Positions 48,228 through 56,515 of a stretch of 64,000 nucleotides of DNA are shown here, piece by piece. A program made the translations under genes and the position numbers. Origin of the DNA: Actinocrinis sp. (GTDB lineage Bacteria > Actinomycetota > Actinomycetes > Streptomycetales > Catenulisporaceae); the NCBI RefSeq assembly GCF_035650855.1, contig NZ_DASRGV010000061.1:299-64298 (forward strand). The letters are read 5' to 3'. Position 1 is the first letter of the stretch. Every line of letters begins with the position of its first letter. Below the pieces are notes generated by a model that had not been told where the DNA came from, did not search any database, and worked only from the letters and a program-made list of their open reading frames with translations.

Positions 48228-48563
48228 GTGCCTCACATCACCTATCTGCGAGCCGACGGAACCAGCGACACCGTCGACGTCCCACTCGGCACCAGCGTCA
48301 TGCGCGGGGCGGTACGGGAGGGCGTGGCAGGTATCGTCGCGGAGTGCGGCGGCGCCGGCATGTGCGGCACCTGCCACATCTTCCTGCCGGAGCATGAGCG
48401 GGTCGCCCGCGGCATCACCCCGATCCACCCCCTGGAGGACGAGGTACTGGAGATCACCTCCACGCCGCGACGGGCGACCAGCAGGCTCGGCTGCCAACTC
48501 GCCGTGACTGAGCAGTGCGACGGGCTCACCGTGGAGCTGCCCGAACACCAGGTCCTGCCTTAA
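48228..48563 (+). CDS. Second 2Fe-2S ferredoxin
   Basis: ECGGAGMCGTCHI...SRLGCQ. Confidence 0.95.
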   Translation: MPHITYLRADGTSDTVDVPLGTSVMRGAVREGVAGIVAECGGAGMCGTCHIFLPEHERVARGITPIHPLEDEVLEITSTPRRATSRLGCQLAVTEQCDGLTVELPEHQVLP

Positions 48564-48594
48564 CGCGCCACACGTCGCGTCGCGCCGAACGAAA

Positions 48595-48635
48595 GCCTCG
48601 GGGCGGCATCCGGTGTCCGGATGCCGCCCCGAGGC
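48595..48635. terminator. Bidirectional hairpin between convergent genes
   Basis: GCCTCGGGGCGGCATCCGG-TGT-CCGGATGCCGCCCCGAGGC (19-bp stem). Confidence 0.88.
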
Positions 48636-48678
48636 GTTGCCGGGCCCGGCTTCGATCGGGCCCGGCTGCGGCCGTTGC

Positions 48679-49785
48679 TCAGGCCAGCAGAATGTCCGCG
48701 AAGGTCTTCGCCGGCGCCGTCTCGAAGCGCAGCGCGACGTGGCTCGCCGCGGCCACCACGTCGCGCCAGTGCCGCTCCAGCGGGTGGGACTGGGACAGGC
48801 CGTGCGTGCCGGCCGCGCGCACCAGCGCGTTGACCGCGCTCACCAGTATTTCGGCTGCCAACGCGGCATCCCGCGCGTTGCGTGCGAGCAGTTGCGGCGT
48901 GCAGTTCCCGGCATCGGCGGTCGCGGCGTTGCGCTCCACGAGCAGCCGCGCGCCGTCGATCAGCGCGGCCGACCGCGCCAGCCCTTCGTCGCCGGACGGA
49001 GTGCGGCGAGCGTGCTTGAGCAGCTCTACGCACGAGCCGAGCGCACCGAGCGCCGCGCCAAGGGCGGGCGCGACAAAGGTCAGTGTGCCCACGGCCTGGA
49101 AGGACGTGTTGTGGCAGACCGCCTGCGAGGTGCGGTTCGGCCCGGCCAGCACCTCGGCGCGCGCGACCGAGCGGTGGTCCGGCACGAAGGTCTCCGGCAG
49201 CACGACGCTGTGGCTGCCGGTCGCCCGCATGCCGGTGCTGTCCCAGGTCTGCTCGACCCGGCACGCGGACGCCGGCAGCGCGAAGAACCGCGCGTCCCCG
49301 ACTCCTTGCACCGGCCCGAGGGCGCACAGCAGTACCCAGTCGCTCCATGCGACGCCGCTCACATAGCGCCAGGTGCCGCTGACCAGCCAGCCGCCGTCGG
49401 TCTTGGTGACCGCACCGGACGGGATCAGGCCGGTGGCGATGATCGCGTCCGCTCCGTCCGCCCACAGCTCGTCCTGGCCCTCGACGGGCAGGTACGCGGC
49501 GAACCGCGCCGAATACGCCGACAGCGAGGCGAACCACGCGGTCGCGGCGCAGGCCTCGCCCACCGCGGTGACCGCGCGGGTCAGCTCGGCGAAGGTGCCC
49601 TCGGTGCCGCCGTAGCGGGCCGGCACCAGGTGCCGGGCGAATCCGGCCTCGCGTACGGCCGCGATCACCTCGGGTGACAGGTCGCCGTCCCGGTCGGCCT
49701 GCGCGGCGTTGCGGGCTGCGGACTCGGCCACGCCATGGGCCGCGCCGAGCAGCCCGGTCGAGGGTGGCGCTAGTGCAATGGACAT
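48679..49785 (-). CDS. Acyl-CoA-dehydrogenase-fold flavin-dependent monooxygenase (HsaA/ActVA-ORF5-like)
   Basis: GFARHLVPARYGG, GEACAATAW, GWLVSGTWRYVSG, WDSTGMRATGS.SV and GTHG...HPLERHWRD motifs. Confidence 0.88.
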   Translation of the reverse strand: MSIALAPPSTGLLGAAHGVAESAARNAAQADRDGDLSPEVIAAVREAGFARHLVPARYGGTEGTFAELTRAVTAVGEACAATAWFASLSAYSARFAAYLPVEGQDELWADGADAIIATGLIPSGAVTKTDGGWLVSGTWRYVSGVAWSDWVLLCALGPVQGVGDARFFALPASACRVEQTWDSTGMRATGSHSVVLPETFVPDHRSVARAEVLAGPNRTSQAVCHNTSFQAVGTLTFVAPALGAALGALGSCVELLKHARRTPSGDEGLARSAALIDGARLLVERNAATADAGNCTPQLLARNARDAALAAEILVSAVNALVRAAGTHGLSQSHPLERHWRDVVAAASHVALRFETAPAKTFADILLA

Positions 49786-49934
49786 CGCTTGCTGCCTCTC
49801 GTGCTCGGGTGGCAGGACACGCCTAGCCCGTGGCCTGCTCGATTTCGTGCGCTGATTCAGCATTCGCCGGCCCGGCGAGTACGGGGGTCCGCCGCCGGGC
49901 TCGGGTCGCGTTCGGGTCGCGGATGACCGATCGC

Positions 49935-49977
49935 AGCATCCTGGTGCGGGCTCGAACCGGGCTTGCCGCCCGCTGGA
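49935..49977 (-). promoter_or_regulatory. SARP-type promoter of the monooxygenase gene
   Basis: Minus strand TCCAGCG (49977), GCAAGCC (49966), TCGAGCC (49955) in 11-bp phase; 8 bp; -10 GATGCT. A further 11-bp-period repeat TCGGGTCGCG x2 lies at 49901-49921. Confidence 0.65.
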
Positions 49978-50041
49978 AGCGGGCCGCCCGGACGGCTCGG
50001 CACTATCCCCTTCCCGGCGGCGGCGGGCGGGTGGCGGTCGC

Positions 50042-51706
50042 TCATCCGGCGACCCCGGAGCCCGCGGCCGTGGACGCCTGTGCTTCGGTGTGCCGCTGCT
50101 CGAGCGCCGGCGGCGCGCCCCCGGGGCCGCAGGCCAGCACGTAGTCCGCGGCGTCGCTGAGGGCGAGCAGGGCGGCCGCGCCCAGGTCGCGGCCGACGCC
50201 GACCGTGCGCCAGGTGCGCCCGCCGAGACCGAACCGGATCAGCACCCTGGTCGCAGGCCGGCCGTCGTCCTCCGTGGTGATCGGCCGCGCCTCGTGGTCG
50301 AGCAGGTCCAGCGTCTCGATCTGCGGTACTGCCGGGCGCAGGGCCGCGCGCAGGGCCCGGAACAGTGCGCTGACAGGCTCGTCGGCGACGCCGGTCGCGG
50401 TCACGGTGCGGCCGTCCCGCTCGACGCGCAGCACCGCGCGTGTGGAGGTCTGCGCCCGGTCCCGGGACCCGGCCGCGGAGAGCCGCCAGGCCTCGATCTG
50501 GAAGACCCTGGGAACCGGTTCGTCGGCAAGGTGCTCCCGCAACAACAGCTCGAACGAGGCGTCGGCGGCCTCGACGGCGTAGCCGAGCCTGCCCAGCTCC
50601 TTGATCCGCAGCATCGCCCGGTTGACCCGCTCGTCCGCCGCGCGCACCTGGTAGCCGAGCTCGCGCGCCTTCAGCTCGACGGACGAGCGGCCGCCGAGGT
50701 CGGAAACCAGCACGCGGCTGCGGTTGCCGATCCGCTCCGGCTCGATGTGCTGGTAAAGGCTCGGATCCAACCGGACCGCCGAAGCGTGCAGGCCGCCCTT
50801 GTGCGCGAACGCGGAGGAGCCCACGTACGGGGCCGATGACGCCACCGGGGCGGCGGCCAGTTCGCCGATCTCGTGCGCCGTGCGCGCCATCCCGGCCAGT
50901 TGCGCGGGGGACAACAGCGCGCGTCCCTCCTTGACCGCCAGATTCGCCACCACGCTGAACAGGTTGGCGTTGCCGCAGCGCTCGCCGTAACCGTTGGCGG
51001 TGCCCTGGACCTGTCCGGCACCCGCGCCGACCGCGAGCATCGTGTTGGCGACGGCGCAGCCGGCGTCGTCATGGCAGTGGATGCCGACCGGGATGCCGCG
51101 CTCCGTCGTGGCGGCGACGATATCCGCAAGCTCGGTGGGCAGGGTGCCGCCGTTGGTGTCGCAGAGCACCACCTTCTCCGCTCCGGCGGCGATCGCGGTG
51201 TCTGCGACGGCGAGCGCATACGCGCGGTTCGCGCGATAGCCGTCGAAGTAGTGCTCGGCGTCCACGAAGACTCGGCGCCCCTGCGCGAGCAGCTGGCGCA
51301 CCGAGTCGCGGATCATGCGCAGGTTCTCCGCCAGGCTGGTGCGCAGCGCGATCTCGACGTGGCGGTCGTGGCTCTTGGCGACCAGCGTGACCACCGGCGT
51401 GCCGGCCTCGAGCAGCGCGAGGATCTGCGGGTCGCGGCCGGCGTCGGCGTCCGGCCGCCTGGTCGCGCCGAACGCGGCGAGTTGCGCGTGGCTGAGCTCC
51501 AGCTCGCGGGCGGCGCGCCGGAAGAAGTCCGTGTCCAGCGGTACGGCGCCCGGCCAGCCGCCCTCGATGAAGTCCACGCCGAAAGCGTCGAGCCGCCGGG
51601 CGACGGCGAGCTTGTCCGCGACGGTCAGCGACAGGCCCTCCTGCTGGACGCCGTCGCGCAGGGTGGTGTCGTAGATCTGCACCGCTCGGCGGTGGTTCGC
51701 GGCCAT
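50042..51706 (-). CDS. cimA: Citramalate synthase (DRE-TIM metallolyase, LeuA-related)
   Basis: YDTTLRDG.QQEG, FIEGGWPG, FDAEH-like VDAEHYFDG, CDTNGG, HCHDD, GYGERCGNANL and AFAHKGGLHASAV; C-terminal regulatory domain; RBS GAGGAG. Confidence 0.88.
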   Translation of the reverse strand: MAANHRRAVQIYDTTLRDGVQQEGLSLTVADKLAVARRLDAFGVDFIEGGWPGAVPLDTDFFRRAARELELSHAQLAAFGATRRPDADAGRDPQILALLEAGTPVVTLVAKSHDRHVEIALRTSLAENLRMIRDSVRQLLAQGRRVFVDAEHYFDGYRANRAYALAVADTAIAAGAEKVVLCDTNGGTLPTELADIVAATTERGIPVGIHCHDDAGCAVANTMLAVGAGAGQVQGTANGYGERCGNANLFSVVANLAVKEGRALLSPAQLAGMARTAHEIGELAAAPVASSAPYVGSSAFAHKGGLHASAVRLDPSLYQHIEPERIGNRSRVLVSDLGGRSSVELKARELGYQVRAADERVNRAMLRIKELGRLGYAVEAADASFELLLREHLADEPVPRVFQIEAWRLSAAGSRDRAQTSTRAVLRVERDGRTVTATGVADEPVSALFRALRAALRPAVPQIETLDLLDHEARPITTEDDGRPATRVLIRFGLGGRTWRTVGVGRDLGAAALLALSDAADYVLACGPGGAPPALEQRHTEAQASTAAGSGVAG

Positions 51707-51720
51707 CTTTCTCCTCTGCG

Positions 51721-52773
51721 TCACGGCGCGTGCTCTGCGGCGGCCGGAGAGCGGTCCAGGTGGTCTAGGAAGCGCGGCGCGGCGGCCGGCAGCCGAAGGC
51801 CCGCTTCGTCGCGGTAGGTGCCTCGGGCGCGATGATGCGGATGCTCGGCCGCCTCCTCGAGGCTGAGCACCGGGGTGACGCAGGCTTCCGTGCCCTCGAA
51901 CCGCGTGGCCCACGAGTCTCGGTCCGCCTCGGCGAAGCGCAGCGCGAACAGTCGGCGCAGCGCGGGCCAGTGCTCCGGGTCGTCGCGGTCGGGCAGCTCA
52001 TCCGGATCCAGGCCGAGTCCGCGCACGAACTGTGCGTAGAACCGCTCCTCCAGGGCACCCACCGCGACATGACGGCCGTCCGCGCAGGTGTACACGGTGT
52101 AGAAGGGGGCGCCGCCGTCGAGCAGGTTGCGCCCGCGCCCGCGGCCCCACTGCCCGGCCGCCGCCATCGCGGCCAGCATGGTGAGCAGGCTGGCGGTGCC
52201 GTCGACGATCGCGGCGTCGATGACCCGTCCCACCCCGGTCGTGCGGCGCTCGATCACCGCGGCCAGGACGCCGACCGCCAGCGGCAGCGCACCTCCGGCG
52301 AAGTCTCCGACCAGGTTGAGCGGCACCACCGGATCCCCGCCCTCGGGACCGATCGCGTCCAGCGCGCCGGAGAGCGCCAGATAGTTGATGTCGTGGCCGG
52401 GCGTGTGGGCCAGCGGACCGTGCTGTCCCCAGCCGGTCATCCGGCCGTAGATCAGCCCCGGGTTGCGTGCCTGGCACTCGCGCGGGCCGAAGCCGAGCCG
52501 CTCGGCCACTCCCGGCCGGAATCCCTCCAGCAGCACGTCGCAGCCCTCGACGAGGCGCAGCAGCTCGGCCAGCTCCCGCGGCCGCTTGAGATTCAACGCG
52601 ACGCAGCGCCGACCCCGGTCGAGGCCGCGGTGCCAGGAGGCGAACGGGCGTTCGCCCTCGGCCCGGTCGATGCGCACCACCTCGGCGCCCAGGTCCGCCA
52701 ACAGCGTCGCAGCGTAGGGGACGGGCCCAATCGCGGCGAGTTCCAGGACGCGCAGTCCTTCGAGCGGGCTCAT
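51721..52773 (-). CDS. CaiB/BaiF family III CoA-transferase, alpha-methylacyl-CoA racemase-like
   Basis: LEGLRVLELAAIGP, EGFRPGVAERLG, GHDINYLALSG, NLVGDFAGGA and NLLDGGAPFY motifs. Confidence 0.9.
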   Translation of the reverse strand: MSPLEGLRVLELAAIGPVPYAATLLADLGAEVVRIDRAEGERPFASWHRGLDRGRRCVALNLKRPRELAELLRLVEGCDVLLEGFRPGVAERLGFGPRECQARNPGLIYGRMTGWGQHGPLAHTPGHDINYLALSGALDAIGPEGGDPVVPLNLVGDFAGGALPLAVGVLAAVIERRTTGVGRVIDAAIVDGTASLLTMLAAMAAAGQWGRGRGRNLLDGGAPFYTVYTCADGRHVAVGALEERFYAQFVRGLGLDPDELPDRDDPEHWPALRRLFALRFAEADRDSWATRFEGTEACVTPVLSLEEAAEHPHHRARGTYRDEAGLRLPAAAPRFLDHLDRSPAAAEHAP

Positions 52774-52779
52774 GTCCGC

Positions 52780-52811
52780 AGTGTGGGATTCCCGGCTCGA
52801 CTCCCGCTGGA
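52780..52811 (-). promoter_or_regulatory. SARP-type promoter of the racemase-cimA operon (leaderless)
   Basis: Minus strand TCCAGCG (52811) and TCGAGCC (52800); 8 bp; -10 CACACT (52785-52780); the ATG at 52773 sits at the predicted +1. Confidence 0.75.
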
Positions 52812-53018
52812 GGGGACGCTCCGGCGCCCACTGCGGCGCCGGAGGACGAGAGTCGCGCATAGCGGCGCGGCTGACGATGCCTCCGCATCCGCTCGAACCG
52901 CGGCGGAGTCCCGGTCCCGGTACGCCGCAGTCCGTGGCAACCGGAGCGGAAGAGTACTGAAATGCCCGATTGGTCGGCCGGTCGGTCCGGGCCCGCCCCG
53001 CCGGACGGCAACGGCTGT

Positions 53019-53050
53019 TCGAGGAGCCTTCGAGAATGCGGACACATACT
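53019..53050 (+). promoter_or_regulatory. SARP-type promoter of the FAAL operon
   Basis: TCGAGGA (53019) and TCGAGAA (53030); 8 bp; -10 CATACT (53045-53050). Confidence 0.75.
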
Positions 53051-53142
53051 CCGACCTGAGGCCCACCGGCCTCGGCGCGACACACGCGGAATCCTTCCGC
53101 GGCGCCGGGGCGCCGGGCCACAGACGGGACAGGGGGACGGAG

Positions 53143-54933
53143 ATGACCGGACGCCAAACGTTCACCGAGCTGGTGCGGCGGCACGCCGCAAACCGGCCCG
53201 GACGGGACGCGCTGATCGTGGTGGACGAGACCGGCCGGACGCGGCGGATCGGCTACGCGCGGCTGGATCGTGAGTCCAGAACCCTCGCCGCGTGGCTGCA
53301 CATCCACGGCGCGACCGGCGAACGCGTGCTGATCCAACAGCCCGACGCCTACCAGTTCGCCGTGTCGCTGTTCGCCTGCCTGTACGCCGGCGCGATCGCC
53401 GTGCCCGGCCCGAATCCCAGCGGGCTGCGGCACTCCGAGCGCAGGGTGCTCGGGATCGTGCGGGACGCCGGGGTCCGCTTCGTCATGACAGACGGTCACA
53501 ACGCCGGCGCGGCCAGCCAGGTTCTCGCGCTCGGCGGCTACGGGGAGGTCACCTGTGTGGCGACGGACACGCTGCTGAGCCTGCCCTCCGCCCCGGAGCC
53601 GTCCGACTGGCGCATGCCCGAGATCAGCCCGGACGCCGTCGCGCTGCTGCAATACACCTCGGGCTCCTCCGGCGACCCGCGCGGCGTCATGGTGAGCCAC
53701 GCCAACCTGCTCGCCAACCAGGCGGCGATTCAGCAGACCCTGCGTACCACACCGGACACCGCGGTCGGCGGCTGGCTGCCGCTGCACCACGACATGGGCC
53801 TGATCGGGCAGCTCCTGCACCCGCTGTGGCTCGGCGCCACCAGCGTCCTGATGTCGCCGATCTCCTTCGCGAAGCACCCGGCCAACTGGCTGCGGCTGAT
53901 CTCCGAGCACCGGCTTGCGGTGTCCGCGGGTCCGAACTTCAGCTACGACCTGTGCCTGCGCAAGATCACCGACGAGCAGCTCTCCGGAGTGGACCTGAGC
54001 GACTGGCGCTGCGCCGTCAACGGCGGCGAACCGGTGCGCCCGGAGACCATGCGCCGCTTCGCCGAGCGCTTCGCCCCGTTCGGGCTGAGGCCCTCCGCGC
54101 TGCGCGCGGGCTACGGCCTGGCCGAGGCGACGCTGATGGTCGCCTGCACCGCGGGCGGACGGGGAGCCCCGGCGGTCGAGGCGGACCGCGCCGCGCTGGA
54201 GCAGCGTCGGCTCTGGCCGCCCGCGGCGAACCGGCCGAGCCGGACCCTGAGCAGTTCGGGGCGCGTATACGGACACGAAGTCAGGATCGTGGACCCGGAG
54301 ACCGCGGCCGAGCTGCCCGACGGCGCCGTCGGCGAGATCTGGCTGCGCGGTCCGAGCGTCGCCTCCGGCTACTGGGGCCGCCCGCGGGAGAGCGCGGAGG
54401 GTTTCGCCGCGCGCACCTGCGCCGACGAGCGCGGCTTCCTGCGCACCGGGGACCTAGGCTTCCTGAAGGACGGCGAACTGTACGTCACCGGCCGGATCAG
54501 CGATCTGATCATCGTGGCGGGACGCAACCTGCATCCGCAGGACATCGAACAGTCGATCCAGCGGATCAGCGCCCTGTTCGGCGCCGCGGTCGCCTTCCCG
54601 GTCGAGGCGGACCGCGAGCACGTGGTGCTGGTGCAGGAGGTGCGCCCCGGTTCCACGGGCGGCGAGGCGGACCTGGCCGAACTGGCGACCGCCGTGCGGG
54701 AGCGGGTGTCCGCGGAGTTCGCGGTGCAGGCCGCCGGAGTGGTACTGGTGCGGCCGGGTACGGTGCGCCGCACCACCAGCGGCAAGCTGGCGCGCAGCGC
54801 GGTGCGCTCGATGTTCCTCGAAGACCGGCTGGAACCGCTGCACGAGCTGATCGACCCCCGGATCCGGCAGCTGGTGCGGCCCAAGGGCCGGGTACGGACA
54901 GCCGGCGGGTCGGCCGGGAAGGCGGCGGCGTGA
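53143..54933 (+). CDS. Fatty acyl-AMP ligase (FAAL)
   Basis: LLQYTSGSSGDPRGVMVSH.NL, GWLPLHHDMGLIG, GYGLAEATL, FLRTGDLGF, GRNLHPQDIE and RTTSGKLAR; long insertion after the EATL motif, typical of FAALs. Confidence 0.93.
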   Translation: MTGRQTFTELVRRHAANRPGRDALIVVDETGRTRRIGYARLDRESRTLAAWLHIHGATGERVLIQQPDAYQFAVSLFACLYAGAIAVPGPNPSGLRHSERRVLGIVRDAGVRFVMTDGHNAGAASQVLALGGYGEVTCVATDTLLSLPSAPEPSDWRMPEISPDAVALLQYTSGSSGDPRGVMVSHANLLANQAAIQQTLRTTPDTAVGGWLPLHHDMGLIGQLLHPLWLGATSVLMSPISFAKHPANWLRLISEHRLAVSAGPNFSYDLCLRKITDEQLSGVDLSDWRCAVNGGEPVRPETMRRFAERFAPFGLRPSALRAGYGLAEATLMVACTAGGRGAPAVEADRAALEQRRLWPPAANRPSRTLSSSGRVYGHEVRIVDPETAAELPDGAVGEIWLRGPSVASGYWGRPRESAEGFAARTCADERGFLRTGDLGFLKDGELYVTGRISDLIIVAGRNLHPQDIEQSIQRISALFGAAVAFPVEADREHVVLVQEVRPGSTGGEADLAELATAVRERVSAEFAVQAAGVVLVRPGTVRRTTSGKLARSAVRSMFLEDRLEPLHELIDPRIRQLVRPKGRVRTAGGSAGKAAA

Positions 54934-55277
54934 ACGCGCGATTGCTCACTCTTCCGCACGCGCAGCGCGAGGCCGCGCTACGCGAGTGGCTGGTGCGCCG
55001 GCTGGCCAGGTACCTCGGCCGTCTGGACATCGACCCGCTGGTCCCGCTCGCCGAGTACGGCATCGACTCGCTGGTCGCGCTCAATCTCTACGGCGATGTC
55101 GAAGAGGAACTCGGCCTACCCGTCGACGTGTGCGTAGTGCTCGACTATCCGACCGTCGCCGCCCTTGCGGAGCATCTGTCGCAGCAGGCTGAGGACAACG
55201 CCGGGCGACCTCGTGCCGCCGCTCCCGGCGCTGCCCACCCCGGCGATACGCGAACCTCAGACAGGAGCCGGCCATGA
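54930..55277 (+). CDS. Acyl carrier protein
   Basis: GTG overlaps the FAAL stop; PLAEYGIDSL (phosphopantetheinyl Ser) and DYPTVAALAEHL. Hidden at the end of the track ORF 53292..55277. Confidence 0.92.
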   Translation: MNARLLTLPHAQREAALREWLVRRLARYLGRLDIDPLVPLAEYGIDSLVALNLYGDVEEELGLPVDVCVVLDYPTVAALAEHLSQQAEDNAGRPRAAAPGAAHPGDTRTSDRSRP

Positions 55278-56515
55278 ACGCAGGGAGCGAACCCGCGCCC
55301 CGAATCGCCTTCGCTTTCACCGGGCAGGGCGCGCAGTACCCGGGAATGACCGCCCGGCTCTACTTCGGACACGACGGCTATCGCCGCCGCCTGGACGCCG
55401 CCGCGGAGGCGCTGCGTCCGTACACCGGGACTTCGATCACGGACCTGATCGTGCGGGGCGACCTGAGGGTCCATCAGACCGGATTCACCCAGCCGACTAT
55501 GTTCGCCGTCGAATACGCCCTCGCCGCCACCCTGCTGGACGCCGGGGTCAGGCCCGTGGCCGTGATCGGTCACAGCATCGGCGAGTTCGCCGCCGCGGTT
55601 GTCGCCGGAGCGCTCAGCCTCGATGACGCCGCGCTGCTGGTAGCGGTACGCGGCGCGTACATGCAGTACCTTCCGAGCGGCGGCGGGATGCTCGCGGTGC
55701 GCGCCGCGCCCGAGCAGCTCGAGCGGTTCGTGCGGCGCGAGGCGAAGGTCGGGTTCGGCGCGTTCAACGGTCCGCGTGCCACGGTGCTCTCCGGCGACCT
55801 CGGTGCGCTCGAACGCATCCAGGACGAGCTGGCGGCGCTCAATGTGCTCGCCCGGCCGCTCCAGGTGTCGCACGGATTCCATTCGCCGCTGATGCAGCCG
55901 ATGCTCCAACGCTTCGCCCGGGTCGCTTCGCGGGTGCCGCCGCGCGCGCCGAAGCTGCCGTTCTACTCGACCGTGCGCGGCCGCAGACTGCTGAACGAGG
56001 CGCTGGGCGCGCTCTATTGGACCGAGCACATCAGCGCGCCGGTGCGGTTCGCCCAGGCCACGCAGCGGCTGCTGGCGGAGCAGGGCCTTGACACGGTACT
56101 GGAGATCGGCCCGAAACCGGTGCTGGCCAAGTTGATCAAGGCGATGGCCGGCGACGGCGGCCCGGCCTGTGTGCCGGTTTGCCGCAGCGAGGACACCGAC
56201 GCGGCCGCGCTGGCCGCGCTGATCGCCGACCTGCTGCCGAACGACGCCCTGGCCGACGACCCGGTGCGGAAGGCGGTGTACGCCGCGGTGGCGCGGTTGG
56301 TCAACGACCCCTCGGTGCGTCTCGGACCGGACGTCGCGCTGCGTGGCGACCTCGGCTTCGATTCGGTGATGGTGATGCAGCTGACGTATCAGCTCGAACA
56401 GCAGCTGCCCGCCCTCGGCAAGCTCTCGCTGCCGGACATGCTCGACAGCATCGTCACGCCCGCGACCCTGGTGGAGTACCTGCACGGCCAGCTCTCCGCC
56501 GACCTGGCCGCATGA
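55274..56515 (+). CDS. Acyltransferase-ACP didomain (stand-alone AT with a C-terminal carrier domain)
   Basis: FAFTGQGAQ, TQP..F, GHSIGE (active Ser), VSHGFHS, YW..HI..PVRF and LEIGP; C-terminal DLGFDSVM carrier motif. Confidence 0.92.
   Translation: MNAGSEPAPRIAFAFTGQGAQYPGMTARLYFGHDGYRRRLDAAAEALRPYTGTSITDLIVRGDLRVHQTGFTQPTMFAVEYALAATLLDAGVRPVAVIGHSIGEFAAAVVAGALSLDDAALLVAVRGAYMQYLPSGGGMLAVRAAPEQLERFVRREAKVGFGAFNGPRATVLSGDLGALERIQDELAALNVLARPLQVSHGFHSPLMQPMLQRFARVASRVPPRAPKLPFYSTVRGRRLLNEALGALYWTEHISAPVRFAQATQRLLAEQGLDTVLEIGPKPVLAKLIKAMAGDGGPACVPVCRSEDTDAAALAALIADLLPNDALADDPVRKAVYAAVARLVNDPSVRLGPDVALRGDLGFDSVMVMQLTYQLEQQLPALGKLSLPDMLDSIVTPATLVEYLHGQLSADLAA

Noticed and set aside
51832-53142. 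Apparent 1033-aa FAAL fusion protein
   Set aside because: The N-terminal 437 codons are the antisense of the racemase gene plus the divergent promoter; the FAAL has its own RBS and ATG at 53143.
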